DNA from: an uncultured delta proteobacterium
GTDB lineage: Bacteria; Desulfobacterota; Binatia; UBA9968
NCBI GenBank assembly: GCA_963727625.1
Contig: CAVSHR010000004.1
Span: forward strand, 1,344,001-1,408,000
Direction: 5' to 3'
Length of the DNA stretch: 64,000 nucleotides
Notes under the pieces: model-generated
Seen by the model: the letters and a program-made list of their open reading frames with translations, nothing else
What the model was told of the DNA's origin: nothing
Database searches by the model: none
Position numbers and translations under genes: made by a program
Shown here: piece by piece, positions 27,932 through 38,535 of the stretch
Position numbering within the stretch: the stretch's first letter is position 1
How the letters are laid out: each line of letters begins with the position of its first letter

Positions 27932-28330
27932 TCATGACCGAACTCGCTCTGCTTCGATTAACTCGAGCGCTCGATTGCGCAGCTGCTCATCGGCGCTGAT
28001 CGTTTGATACAAGGCGGCGTAGCGCTCCATGCTGAGACCTTCTCGCTCCAGCGCCGCGCCAAATTTGGCAACCGCTTCCTGTTCGACACGGCCTTTCTCT
28101 TGAGGCGAAGTCGCACCGCCTAATTTTGGCTCGTACTCCGCGCGGATCTTGTGGAATTGCACGTAGGCTTTTGCAAACGCTTTGAGCTCGTTATCGCTGA
28201 TGGCCCGCTGCTTGCTCACCGACCCCTGATCCTGGGTTTTCGTTTGCGCGTGGAGCGCACTGAACGACCCGAACGACGCTAAAGGCAACAGCAATCCGAT
28301 ACCCAGCGTCAATCTTCGAAGTGTTTTCAT
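27932..28330 (-). CDS. Secreted DUF4168-like protein
   Basis: Signal peptide; ISDNELKAFAKAY..EGLSMERYAAL..DEQLRNR. Confidence 0.75.
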   Translation of the reverse strand: MKTLRRLTLGIGLLLPLASFGSFSALHAQTKTQDQGSVSKQRAISDNELKAFAKAYVQFHKIRAEYEPKLGGATSPQEKGRVEQEAVAKFGAALEREGLSMERYAALYQTISADEQLRNRALELIEAERVRS

Positions 28331-28561
28331 GGCCCTTCTCCTCATCCCGCCGGCAACCGGCGCGGGTCCTGGTCCGTCTTTAAAATTCGTCGCCTTGAAT
28401 CAAACCCAAACTCCGCGGCGTCGAACTGCAAGAGACCGCGGATGGTATGTCGGTTTGCGATTCGCACTGGCCGTGGCGGGTCGCAAACGTCGGCGATTTC
28501 GCCTACGGCATCGGAGGAGGCGCTGCACTAGCGCGCCCCTCCGATGCCTCATCGAGGCGCG

Positions 28562-28903
28562 CTAGTGCGCGCCCATGGGCGACTTGCCGCCCGCTTTGCG
28601 CGAATCGTTTGGATGAGCGGAGGGGGAATTCACCGACCCGCTCTTGTCCTCGGCGATCGCGCTGGCCACGCGCTTTTCACCCTTTTGGGTATACGTGACT
28701 CTTACCTTGTCTCCCGCTTTCACTGAGTTCGCACCCTTGGTCGCGCTGCTGATCGCTACGGTCTCTTTCCCGTCGGCGGTGTTCAGCACGATCTCCTGCT
28801 TCGACTTATTGATTTGTTGAACCGTGCCCTGCAACATGGCAGCCGACGCGGAAAACGCAGGCAAGAACAACAGAGCGATCAAGACAATAAAGGCCTTTTT
28901 CAT
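28562..28903 (-). CDS. Secreted small OB-fold-like protein
   Basis: Signal peptide; GTVQQI..VKAGDKVRVTY..ASAI. Confidence 0.7.
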   Translation of the reverse strand: MKKAFIVLIALLFLPAFSASAAMLQGTVQQINKSKQEIVLNTADGKETVAISSATKGANSVKAGDKVRVTYTQKGEKRVASAIAEDKSGSVNSPSAHPNDSRKAGGKSPMGAH

Positions 28904-29066
28904 CTTTATTCACCTCCTTTCTTGTTTATTTTTAGAACACTTCAAAAACCCAATTTTGAATCGAACACCGACGCGCGGTGTCGCCGGCTAGGAGCAGCAG
29001 CTTCGAGCCTGTGCTTGCGTCTCGCTTGGCATCGATCATCCTCATCGGTGTCGAATTAGTTATTTC

Positions 29067-29081
29067 GCAAGCCTCATGCCA
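29067..29081 (-). promoter_or_regulatory. Sigma-54 promoter
   Basis: TGGCATGAGGCTTGC. Confidence 0.65.
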
Positions 29082-29532
29082 GCATCGCGATGATTAGACA
29101 TCGGCTGAAAATAAAGAACTTACCGACGGGAGGGTCCGCCTTGTTCAATTCCGGTGTAGGTATTTCTTCGAACGACGTCGGAATATTGATTGCGGTGTTT
29201 TTCATGCACCAGGTAAAACCCGAACAATGATGACGCAGCAGTCTTCATCGAGATCCTGGCTTTTGTTAAGGACATTTGTCGGCCCAATTTCCTCTGGCTG
29301 GAGCCATAGCTGCCAACGCCGGTGACATAGGTTGATGATGTGCTTTTCACGTGCTTCAGAGAGACCGTTTCTCGCTTGTCTATGATGGGGAATCTTGCGC
29401 GACCGGCGCGCAATCAGGCACTCGCTTTAATTCGGAAATTTAGAAGGCAAAACCCCTTCAAAATGTTCCGAATAACTCCTACGCGATTTGGCCCCGATGA
29501 GCATTTCCAACGAGTTAGTCAGACAAGGAGTC

Positions 29533-29547
29533 TGGCATTCTGTTTGC
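29533..29547 (+). promoter_or_regulatory. Sigma-54 promoter
   Basis: TGGCATTCTGTTTGC upstream of the ExeA-like gene. Confidence 0.65.
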
Positions 29548-29660
29548 TCGCGTAGACGTAGACGAGGATGAGGGTCGGGGCAAACGTGCGACGATAAGAA
29601 CAGGCGATCCCTTGGCTTAGTCTCGCGGATGATATTTCGGAGTATGAAAATCTAGTCCTC

Positions 29661-31253
29661 ATGGAAACGCCTTCAGCCGAAAGTGCGCCCCGCTCAGCGC
29701 CCTTCAGCGGATTTCCTTCAGGCGGCTTCTTCTTTCGCGGCCTCCACATCGAAGAAATCTTGACGACGCTCCGCGCCAATATCGAAGCAAGAAGAAGCCT
29801 GACCGCCGTCATAGGCGAAGGGGGCAGCGGAAAGACCGCTCTGCTGAACAATCTCACCGCCGATTTGCGCGGCGACGTCATTCCCATCAGGACATCGAAC
29901 CCGCGGTTGAATTTCACCGGCATCCTGCGCCTGATCCAGTTCACCCTCGATCCGGAACTAAGCGCTGCGGAGGAAGACGCGCTGCTGGCGATCTGCAAGT
30001 ACTGCCTGCGCGCGCGCAGACGACAAAAGCAAATCATCGTCTTGATTCTTGACAACGCGCATCACCTCGCAGAATCGACCCTGAGCCGGCTAGCGCAAAG
30101 TTTTACTGAAACTGGTCCGCAGGATTACGACGGTCCGTTGTTGCAAGTAGTCTTCGCCGGCCGGCCGCAGCTGAAAACAGTGCTGCTGCAGGCCGCTCAG
30201 TCACCACCAAGCCAGCGCCCGGTGATCTGCGAGCTTGGCCCGCTGCGGGGCTTTGAGGTCGCTTCCTACATCGAGCAAGGGCTGCGCGCGGCTGGCTTGC
30301 CGTCTAAGTTATTCGAGCTTTCCGCCGTCGAGCAAATCGCCCGGTCAAGCAACGGCAATCCGGCTCGGGTCAACGCGCTTTGCAACCGCGCCTTGCAAAT
30401 TGTCGGCACAAGCAGCAGCGGACAAATGACCGCCGAGTTGATTCAGACCATCGCCCACGACCTCCATATGGGCGACGCTCGAGCCCAAGACCACGAACTG
30501 GTACGGGAAAAGATCGGGCCGGCCGAGAAGGATAACTCCACGGAATTTCAGTTCGGGGAGCCGAGCGCGACGGACGTCGTCGGCGAAACATTTCTACATT
30601 ATCATACCGGTTATGATCGCAATCGTCTTCTCCAGCCGCGCCGGATTATCAGGAGTGTGGCGCCGCTCGTCGCTCTTCTAGCACTGGCCGCGGGGGCCGG
30701 CGCGTGGAGCCAAACCAAGCCGGGAGCCAGTCAATTGACCCGCGTGAGCAGGGCGCTTTCGCAAATCTTTCCGTCGCTCTACCGTATCGCCGAGCCTCCA
30801 CGAGCTCAATCCTTTTCGGCGCCGATGGCGCTCCCGGCGATCCCTGAGGAGCCGTTCCCAAGCGCCTCTCATCCGGCTGCGCAGGAACGAGAGAGCAACG
30901 TACCACAAGCTGAGCAACCGCGGACCACTGCGGAAGCACCGGGTGATGCTGCTGAGGAAACCTTTGGATCGAGCGAAGCGGCACCACCGCGCGCACCTGC
31001 ACCGACACAGAAGCGGAACTTCCCGCCGACGCAAGCCAACACCTTCGAACCGCGCGACAAGTTGGAAGCCAAAATCATTCAGGCAATTTCGCATCGCGCG
31101 ATCATCGGTGTCGGTGTCTCCGTGGTTGGGGGCACGGCCATCCTCGAAGGCCATGTCGCTAGTGAACGGCAACGGCGAGCCGCCGAACGGGCTGCGCGCA
31201 GCGTGGATGGGATAGAACGGGTGCGTAACCGAATCACGGTCAGCGTTGGCTGA
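29661..31253 (+). CDS. ExeA/GspA-like AAA ATPase with TM segment and C-terminal BON domain
   Basis: GEGGSGKT; LILDNAH; LQVVFAGRPQL; GNPARVNALC; C-terminal AILEGHV..DGIERVRNRITV. Confidence 0.85.
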   Translation: METPSAESAPRSAPFSGFPSGGFFFRGLHIEEILTTLRANIEARRSLTAVIGEGGSGKTALLNNLTADLRGDVIPIRTSNPRLNFTGILRLIQFTLDPELSAAEEDALLAICKYCLRARRRQKQIIVLILDNAHHLAESTLSRLAQSFTETGPQDYDGPLLQVVFAGRPQLKTVLLQAAQSPPSQRPVICELGPLRGFEVASYIEQGLRAAGLPSKLFELSAVEQIARSSNGNPARVNALCNRALQIVGTSSSGQMTAELIQTIAHDLHMGDARAQDHELVREKIGPAEKDNSTEFQFGEPSATDVVGETFLHYHTGYDRNRLLQPRRIIRSVAPLVALLALAAGAGAWSQTKPGASQLTRVSRALSQIFPSLYRIAEPPRAQSFSAPMALPAIPEEPFPSASHPAAQERESNVPQAEQPRTTAEAPGDAAEETFGSSEAAPPRAPAPTQKRNFPPTQANTFEPRDKLEAKIIQAISHRAIIGVGVSVVGGTAILEGHVASERQRRAAERAARSVDGIERVRNRITVSVG

Positions 31254-31373
31254 GTAGCAACCGACCCCGGGATCATCCTGAACGTGAAATTAACCGGCGC
31301 GACGAAGAACCCGGCACCGCCATCCGCTTGGCGTCCGGCGAAACCCTCCCGGCACACCGGGTGATTTCCGTCG

Positions 31374-32717
31374 TCACCTTTCCAAGTCGTCGCTCGGCTG
31401 CAACGCCGATATTTTCCAACCTTGCCGCGGCCGGCCGATGATCCGGTTATTCTGCGCTCGATTGCCACCGAGGGAATCTTCGACCGCAAACGCTATGCCC
31501 GACGCTTCAACCACGTTGTTGCTCAACTCATTACCCAGCAGGGCGCCGCCGAGAGCCACGCCGTTGGCGAATCCTTGGACCTTGTTTTCGGCGACCAATG
31601 AGTTCTGCAGGCGGCGCAAATCGATGGCGAATTCCTTGCCGTTTCGCCCGTGATTTTCAAGAATATTGCCGACAATCGAAATTTTCTTAAACAGGATTCC
31701 CGCGACCGCCGAGGTATTGGCAAAGATGGTTTGCGCCGGCGCCGGCGCACCCGCCTCGATGCGAAAACGGTTGTTTTTGATTTCCAAATCTTCGAAAACA
31801 TTGCCGTCAGCCGGCTTGGAATTGTCCGGTGTGCCGATCCGTATACCGTAGCCTGCGGTCGTCGTCCGAATCACCTGATTGTTGGCGATCGAGATCCGCG
31901 TGAATCGACAGTGACGGTCGGTCGGCGGGTCGATGCCGACGCTGATGCCGGCGCCGAGCGGATCGACGATTTTATTGTTGACGATTTTGAAATCCTCGGC
32001 GACCGCCCCCCCGCCGACCGTGAAAACGCCGATACCCGCGGTTTTCACAGCGCGCCTCACCACGTTGCCGTCGATGACCACCCGGCGCGCGTGATTGACC
32101 TCGAACTGGAGATCGTCGATGAAATTGTTGACGATCTGCACGTCCTGGCTCGGCGCTCGGCCCTTGCCCAAAACGACGGAGTAACGATCGGTCCTATCCA
32201 CGGGTTTGGGCGCGCCGTCCCAAAACCAATTATTTTCGATGCGCAGGCGTTTGGCGGCGTAAAAGACCACACCGCCGTAGGACTTGACGCCGTTGGCGTC
32301 GAAGCCGAGTTGGGTGATGACGATATCGGACGCGCCGTCGAATGTGGCGATGCGCTCCGCGCCGGCCTTTCGTTTGATCACGCTGCGCCGGCCGGTGCCG
32401 GCAAACACCAAATCCGAACGATTGATCACCCGCAAATTGGACACCGGATAAATGCCCTCGGGAAATTTTATGATCGCGTTCTTTGGCGCTCCGTCGATCG
32501 CCCTCTGGATCGCCGCCGTATCATCCGAGACCCCGTCGCCGCGCGCGCCCAAAGCGCGCACGTCAATCATCCTAGGCTGCGGATTTGTCGCGGCGAGATG
32601 GAGCAAGCCGCCGGATCGCGGGAAACCCTGCTGCATGCGTGCCGGCACGGCGCCGGCTAGAAGAATCGCCAGCGGCGCCGCGATCATCAGGGCGGTTCTA
32701 AACTTTGACGGTTTCAT
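31374..32717 (-). CDS. Secreted right-handed beta-helix protein (pectate lyase-like)
   Basis: GARGDGVSDDTAAIQRAID..FPEGIY; repeated IxNN strands. Confidence 0.85.
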   Translation of the reverse strand: MKPSKFRTALMIAAPLAILLAGAVPARMQQGFPRSGGLLHLAATNPQPRMIDVRALGARGDGVSDDTAAIQRAIDGAPKNAIIKFPEGIYPVSNLRVINRSDLVFAGTGRRSVIKRKAGAERIATFDGASDIVITQLGFDANGVKSYGGVVFYAAKRLRIENNWFWDGAPKPVDRTDRYSVVLGKGRAPSQDVQIVNNFIDDLQFEVNHARRVVIDGNVVRRAVKTAGIGVFTVGGGAVAEDFKIVNNKIVDPLGAGISVGIDPPTDRHCRFTRISIANNQVIRTTTAGYGIRIGTPDNSKPADGNVFEDLEIKNNRFRIEAGAPAPAQTIFANTSAVAGILFKKISIVGNILENHGRNGKEFAIDLRRLQNSLVAENKVQGFANGVALGGALLGNELSNNVVEASGIAFAVEDSLGGNRAQNNRIIGRPRQGWKISALQPSDDLER

Positions 32718-33942
32718 TTTCCGACCTCGCTTTCCTAGGCTCGATGGCGACGCCGCGGATCGCTTTCTCGTCGAGCAGTTGCCGGTAAAGCTGATCCATA
32801 TCGTCGATCAGCCGGTTCACGTCGAAGCGCCGGCGCGCCGCGAGCATGGCATTTTGGCCGAGGCGCGCGGCCTTTTCCCGATCGCCGAGCAGATCGAGAA
32901 CCGCGGCGGCCATGGCCTCGGCATCGCCGGCCGTGACCAACCGTCCGGTGATCTCGTCCGCGATGATGTCGGGAATCCCACCGACGCGGGTCGCCACCAC
33001 CGGGCAGCTCGCTGCCATGGCTTCGATGGCGGAGAGCGGCGTACCCTCATTATTCGAAGAGACCACCAGCACATCCAAGTCCGCGTAGATGCGCGGCAGA
33101 TCCGTGCGCCAACCGGTAAAATTGACGCGCGCCGCGATGCCGAGCCGGCGCGCGTGATCTTCGAGCGCCCGGCGCAACACGCCGTCGCCGACGACGACGA
33201 AATGCGCGGCCGGTTCGGCTCGGGCGATGCGCGCCGCCGATTCGAGAAACAGCGCGTGATTCTTGATCGGAAACAGACGGCCGACGATGCCGATCAGTCT
33301 GGCATCGCCCGCAAAGCCGAACTCGCGGCGGAATTCGCCTTGGCGGCGCGGCGCCTGGAGAAACGGCTCGATATCCAGCCCGAGCGGAATGACGGTAATC
33401 TTATCCGCCCTGGCAACGCCGTAACCGATCAAATCCTGTTTAACCTGCTCGCTCACAGCGACCAAACGATCGCTCAGCCAGGCAAGCGACCGCTCCATGC
33501 GACGGAGCGTCCAGTTTTTAACCGCGCCGTAATAGCCATGAAGCACATGGCCGTGAAAGGTATGGACGACAATCGGCACGCCGGCCAGACGGGCGGCCAC
33601 CCGTCCGAGCAATCCCGCCTTGGCCGTATGGGTATGGACGATATGCGGCCGATAACGGCGCATCACCAGCCAAAGGCGTGCCAGCGCTTTAGCGTCGCGC
33701 GGCGTCAGATTAAAAGACGTGACGATCTCGCGGATGCGATGCGGCCACACGCCGCGCGAGAGCGCATAATCCAACATGGATCCTTCTGCTCGGCTCTCGC
33801 GGCCGATCACCAGCAGTTGTTCGAATCGGTCGGGATTCAAGCCCGCGGCCAAATTGACCACGTGGATGCTCGGCCCGCCGACATTCAAGCGGCCGATGAC
33901 GCGCAGAACTCGGACCTTGTTTTCGCGCTGACGGGAAGCCAT
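32698..33942 (-). CDS. Glycosyltransferase family 4
   Basis: RLNVGGP, HTHTAKAG, SNNEGTPLSAIEAMA. Confidence 0.93.
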   Translation of the reverse strand: MASRQRENKVRVLRVIGRLNVGGPSIHVVNLAAGLNPDRFEQLLVIGRESRAEGSMLDYALSRGVWPHRIREIVTSFNLTPRDAKALARLWLVMRRYRPHIVHTHTAKAGLLGRVAARLAGVPIVVHTFHGHVLHGYYGAVKNWTLRRMERSLAWLSDRLVAVSEQVKQDLIGYGVARADKITVIPLGLDIEPFLQAPRRQGEFRREFGFAGDARLIGIVGRLFPIKNHALFLESAARIARAEPAAHFVVVGDGVLRRALEDHARRLGIAARVNFTGWRTDLPRIYADLDVLVVSSNNEGTPLSAIEAMAASCPVVATRVGGIPDIIADEITGRLVTAGDAEAMAAAVLDLLGDREKAARLGQNAMLAARRRFDVNRLIDDMDQLYRQLLDEKAIRGVAIEPRKARSENETVKV

Positions 33943-35843
33943 GAGCTCACCTCGCAATCGATGAACTGGCGATGCCAGATTTCCAGAGTCAATAGAGCCC
34001 AGAGACGGTGGCCGTGATCGCGTTCGCCGCCGAGATGTTCACCGACCAGCCGGCGCAGCGCTTGCTCGTCGAAATAACCGCGGCGCAGCGCTGTCGGCGA
34101 CAATAAATGGTCGCAGAGAAAATCCCGCAGACCGGCGCGAAACCAGCGTCCGACGGGCACGCCAAAGCCATGTTTCTTTCGCCAGAGGATCTCGCTCGGC
34201 AAGAGACCCTCGAAGGCACGCTTCAAAACATACTTCGTCGTCATCCCTTTGAGTTTGAGCGAAGTCGGGATCCGGCTGGCGTATTCCAATAGCCGGTGGT
34301 CGAGAAACGGGCAGCGCGCCTCCAAAGAATGGGCCATCGTCATGCGATCGCTCTTCACCAGCAAATCTCCCGGCAGATAACTCGAGAGATTGACCGCAAG
34401 CAACTCGTCGATCGGATCCGCGCCCGCGCGACCGCTAAAATAGCCGCGAAAGTGAGCGACCGGATCGATCTCGACGGTATCGGTGATCAGCTGGCGCAAT
34501 GCCTCGGGCGTGAAGATGCCGACCCATTCCAAATAGCGCTCGGGCAGCGGCAGCGCCGCGCTGCCGACGAAACGTTTGACCCGGCGCGCCAGATCGTCGT
34601 ACGCGGTTGATTCCGGCCAGAAGCGCGCCAGCCGGTTTACGGCATCCTGGACGCAGCGCGGCGCGCGCCGGTAGTACTCCGCCAGACGGGCGGCGGCAAA
34701 TCTTTCGTAGCCGGCGAAAAGCTCATCGCCACCGTCGCCGGTGAGCACCACTTTGACATGGGCCTGCGCCAGCCTTGCGACCCAGTAGGTCGCAAGCGCC
34801 GACGAATCCGCGAAGGGCTGATCGTAGTGCCACACCAGCTTCGGCAGCAACTCGACCGCGTCCGGCTGCACGATCAGTTCGTGGTGGTCGCTGCCAAACT
34901 GCCGCGCCACCCTGCGCGCGAACGGCAGTTCGTTGAACGACGGCTCGTCGGCGAAGCCGATGGAAAACGTGCGCACCGGCCCGCCGATCAGCCTGGTCAT
35001 CACGGCGACCACCGCCGCCGAGTCGACACCGCCGCTCAAAAACGCGCCGAGCGGCACATCGCTGGTCAAGCGCAGCCGCACCGCTTCCTCGAAACGCTCG
35101 CGCACCTGTTGGATATATTCCGATTCGAAAAACCGCGGCGCGTCGACCGGCTCCCGCGGCGCGCTCCAGTAACGGCGGATGGCAGTCTGATCGCCTTCGA
35201 CCCATAGCATGTGACCGGGCGGCAGCTCGTGGATGTTCTCGAAGAAGGTGAGCGGGCTCGGCACGTAGCCGTAGGCCAGATAGAGCGGCATCACCGCGCG
35301 GTTCACGATGGCGCGGACGCCGGGGTGGGCAAGCATCGCCTTGATCTCCGAACCGAAGACTAGTCGGTTCGCATCCTGGTGATAATAAAGTGGCTTCTTG
35401 CCGAGCCGATCGCGCGCCAGGAACAGCCGCAACTCGGCGCGCTTTCGGCCGTCGTAGATGGCGAAGGCGAACATGCCGCGCAACCGCTTCACGCAATCGA
35501 CGCCCCACTCCTCGTATGCGCAGAGAACCACCTCGGTGTCGGATCGGGAGCGAAAGCGGTGACCGCGGCGCTTGAGCTCGTCGCGCAAGTCGACGAAGTT
35601 ATAGATTTCGCCGTTGAAAACGATCCAGCAAGTCTCCGCTTGATTGGCTATTGGCTGCTGGCCGCCCTCGATATCGATAATGCTCAGCCGGGTCATGCCG
35701 AGAACGGCGTCGTCGAAGACTACCGCGCCGTGATCGTCGGGGCCGCGATGGGCCAGCGCGGCGTTCATCGGCTCAAACAGCGCCGTCGACCACCCGATGT
35801 CGCTTTTGCCCTGAAGCTCGATCCATCCGCAAATACCGCACAT
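33885..35843 (-). CDS. asnB: Asparagine synthase (glutamine-hydrolysing)-like amidotransferase
   Basis: MCGICG, HRGPD, FNGEIYN, FLSGGVDS, GDGGDELFAGY; probably amidates the polysaccharide. Confidence 0.93.
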   Translation of the reverse strand: MCGICGWIELQGKSDIGWSTALFEPMNAALAHRGPDDHGAVVFDDAVLGMTRLSIIDIEGGQQPIANQAETCWIVFNGEIYNFVDLRDELKRRGHRFRSRSDTEVVLCAYEEWGVDCVKRLRGMFAFAIYDGRKRAELRLFLARDRLGKKPLYYHQDANRLVFGSEIKAMLAHPGVRAIVNRAVMPLYLAYGYVPSPLTFFENIHELPPGHMLWVEGDQTAIRRYWSAPREPVDAPRFFESEYIQQVRERFEEAVRLRLTSDVPLGAFLSGGVDSAAVVAVMTRLIGGPVRTFSIGFADEPSFNELPFARRVARQFGSDHHELIVQPDAVELLPKLVWHYDQPFADSSALATYWVARLAQAHVKVVLTGDGGDELFAGYERFAAARLAEYYRRAPRCVQDAVNRLARFWPESTAYDDLARRVKRFVGSAALPLPERYLEWVGIFTPEALRQLITDTVEIDPVAHFRGYFSGRAGADPIDELLAVNLSSYLPGDLLVKSDRMTMAHSLEARCPFLDHRLLEYASRIPTSLKLKGMTTKYVLKRAFEGLLPSEILWRKKHGFGVPVGRWFRAGLRDFLCDHLLSPTALRRGYFDEQALRRLVGEHLGGERDHGHRLWALLTLEIWHRQFIDCEVSSWLPVSAKTRSEFCASSAA

Positions 35844-35876
35844 ATTGCGATCCTCCCTTCGAGCGGAATCAATTTG

Positions 35877-37016
35877 TCAGGCGAATACTCGCAAGCGAGT
35901 CGCGCCGCCGCTTAGGTCCTGATACAGCGCGATGGTCGCCGCGGCCATCCGATCGGCGCTGAAATACCGCCGCACCCGCTCGCCGGCCCGCTGCGCCAGC
36001 CGCTGTCGTCGCACCGGCTCGCGCGCCAGCCGAGCCAGCGCGTCGGCAAACGCGGCGGGTTGGCCGGGCTCGACGAGCAATGCCGATTCATCGTGCACGG
36101 CGATTTCCGTCAAGGGCGCGACTCGGCTCGCGACGATCGGTTTGCCGGCCGCCATGGCTTCGACCATGACCTGGCCGAACCCTTCCGAGCAGGTCGCAAA
36201 CGCGAACACGTCGAGGGCGGCGAGAAACGCGCCGATGTCGCTTTGAAAACCGACCAGGCTCACCCGATCGCCGACTCTGGAATCGCGAATCTGCCGGCGC
36301 AACTCGGCGCCGTAGCCCCAGGGATCATGGCCGGCGATCAATAACTGCGCGTCGGCAACTTGGCGCAGGATTTCGGGCATCGCTCGGATCAAAATCTGGT
36401 GGCCCTTGCGCGGCTCGAGCCGTCCGATCGAGCCGATGACGAACCTTCCATCGAGCCGCCAACCTTGACGCAGGTCGATGCGCGCGCCGGACAACCTTTC
36501 GGTGTCGATGCCGTAGTGAATGACCGCGGCGCGCTCGGGCGGCAGGCCAGCCCCGATCAGCCAATCGCAAACCGCATGGGAGATGCACAGGATCCGATCG
36601 GCGCGGCGCCAGAGCCTGTGCATCAACGGCAAACTCCACCGCGCCGACCAATCGACGCTGTAAACCGCGTGCACCGAGCTCACCCAGACGATCGACGGCC
36701 GGCGATATTTGACGAACGCGCCGGCCATGTCGGCGCGCGGCAGATGGGTATGGAGAATGTCCGGCTGTTCCGCGGCGACCAACCGCATGACTCGACCGAA
36801 AAAGCGCGAGTCATAGCGCCCCGCCGCACCGAGGTCAGCAACGCGAACACCCGACGCTTCAAAGTCGCGCCGCAGCGAGCGGCTGCCGACGACTCGCTCG
36901 CGCAAACAAGCGACGACCGGGTCAACGCCGCGGTCGCGCAGATGGCGGCACAGGGTGAGCAGATGCAATTCAGCGCCGCCGGCGGAAAGGGTATTGATCA
37001 GGTGAAGAACTTTCAT
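35877..37016 (-). CDS. Glycosyltransferase family 4
   Basis: GGAELHL, GRLEPRKG, SEGFGQVMVEAMAAG. Confidence 0.92.
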   Translation of the reverse strand: MKVLHLINTLSAGGAELHLLTLCRHLRDRGVDPVVACLRERVVGSRSLRRDFEASGVRVADLGAAGRYDSRFFGRVMRLVAAEQPDILHTHLPRADMAGAFVKYRRPSIVWVSSVHAVYSVDWSARWSLPLMHRLWRRADRILCISHAVCDWLIGAGLPPERAAVIHYGIDTERLSGARIDLRQGWRLDGRFVIGSIGRLEPRKGHQILIRAMPEILRQVADAQLLIAGHDPWGYGAELRRQIRDSRVGDRVSLVGFQSDIGAFLAALDVFAFATCSEGFGQVMVEAMAAGKPIVASRVAPLTEIAVHDESALLVEPGQPAAFADALARLAREPVRRQRLAQRAGERVRRYFSADRMAAATIALYQDLSGGATRLRVFA

Positions 37017-37053
37017 GGCCTTCTGGACAGCCTCCGTGAGCCGCCTTGGCGCC

Positions 37054-38535
37054 TCACACAGAAACGCCCCTCCGTCTGACCCGCAGCAGGGTTTCACCCA
37101 AAAAGATCAGGCCGAACGTAAAACCAACCACCGTCAGAGCCTGGGGCCAAACCTCGAACGATGCCCACATCATCTGCAGAGAATATATGAGCGCGAGCAC
37201 ATAGACGGCGGCATGCAAACGCCCGCGGCGAAATTGCAGATAAAGCGTCTTGATCACGATGCCGTAAAGCAGCATCACGACGGCCACGCCGCCCAGACCG
37301 AAGTTAACATAGGCGTCGCCGATCAAAGAGGCATTGACCGCCCATTTGTCGTCTTCGGTGGCAAAGCCGAGCAGCGTTTCGACGATGTAAACCCCGGTGC
37401 TCCGCCCCGGGATAAAAATGAATTTGTTCAGCGGCCATGAGAGCGCGCCGATAAACGTCTGTCCGCCAAGGACGCCGGGACCGATGGCGATCGCTCCCGC
37501 CAGGCTGTGCAGTTGCCCGAGATCGGTAAAAATACTGACCTGCAGGTATTCCCAAAACCCGCTCAGGGTTAAGCCGTCGGAAAACGCCCGGGCGCCGAGC
37601 GCGCCGCGATACATCGCGCCGATATAAGACACGGAAAGCACCGCGAACAGGATCAACGGCGCGATCACGACGTAGGGATAGTTGACCGTAATCCTCGGCC
37701 AGCGCTGCTGCTGGCGGCGCAGATACCAGAGCAGCAACAAGCCGCCGACAATCGAGATCATCGCCCGATTCCGCCCGCCGAGCACCCAGTAAAATAGCGT
37801 CGCCAGCCCGGCCGGTAACAACGCGTGCCATGCGCCGACCTTCGGCAAGTAGTAGCAGGTCAGCAGCACGCTGCCCGAGATCAGCAGATAGGCCATGAAG
37901 AAATACTTGCCGGTGCCCTGTTGAATCGTCGTTTCACGAAACGCGCCGCTGCCGATGACCTCGAGCGAGGCGTTGCTGACGAGAAAAACGGCGAGCGCGG
38001 CAAACCCCAACAGCATGCCCGCCGCGGCGGCGGCACGGGCGCCCGGCGCCAAGGCGAACCTCAAGCCGGACGACGTGGCAAGCGGCCGCGCGCGCTGAGC
38101 CAAGAGCCATCCCAGAATGGCGGCAAGCAAGCCGAACAGAGCAAGCGCGTGTCCCCACCGCCAATCTTCGCCGGTCAGTTTCATCGCGTCGAAAAAGCGC
38201 CCGACCTCATCCGGCAGGACCGCGCCATGGAGCAGGAACAGCGCCGGAAGGAAGTGGCGGACCGCGCAGATCGCGCAAACCAGGCACAGCGGATTGAACG
38301 AATCGCGCCAGATTTGGATGGTTCGTAAGAAGGCGACGAGGATCGCCGCGTAAGCGACGATCGCGAAATAGGGCAAGAGCCCGGCCTGGCGCGCAGTCAT
38401 CGTGATGACGCCGAACAAAAACGCCGCGGCCGCCAGCCAAAAGGAAAAATAGCCGCGCGCCGCCCGTGCGTCGGCGTCAGCGGACCAGCGCGTCAAGGAT
38501 TTTTCAGAAGTGGCAATCAACATCGCCTTTCTCAC
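37054..38535 (-). CDS. Polysaccharide polymerase (Wzy-like membrane protein)
   Basis: Many TM segments; GGRNR; DAYVNFG; lies within the EPS locus. Confidence 0.75.
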   Translation of the reverse strand: MRKAMLIATSEKSLTRWSADADARAARGYFSFWLAAAAFLFGVITMTARQAGLLPYFAIVAYAAILVAFLRTIQIWRDSFNPLCLVCAICAVRHFLPALFLLHGAVLPDEVGRFFDAMKLTGEDWRWGHALALFGLLAAILGWLLAQRARPLATSSGLRFALAPGARAAAAAGMLLGFAALAVFLVSNASLEVIGSGAFRETTIQQGTGKYFFMAYLLISGSVLLTCYYLPKVGAWHALLPAGLATLFYWVLGGRNRAMISIVGGLLLLWYLRRQQQRWPRITVNYPYVVIAPLILFAVLSVSYIGAMYRGALGARAFSDGLTLSGFWEYLQVSIFTDLGQLHSLAGAIAIGPGVLGGQTFIGALSWPLNKFIFIPGRSTGVYIVETLLGFATEDDKWAVNASLIGDAYVNFGLGGVAVVMLLYGIVIKTLYLQFRRGRLHAAVYVLALIYSLQMMWASFEVWPQALTVVGFTFGLIFLGETLLRVRRRGVSV

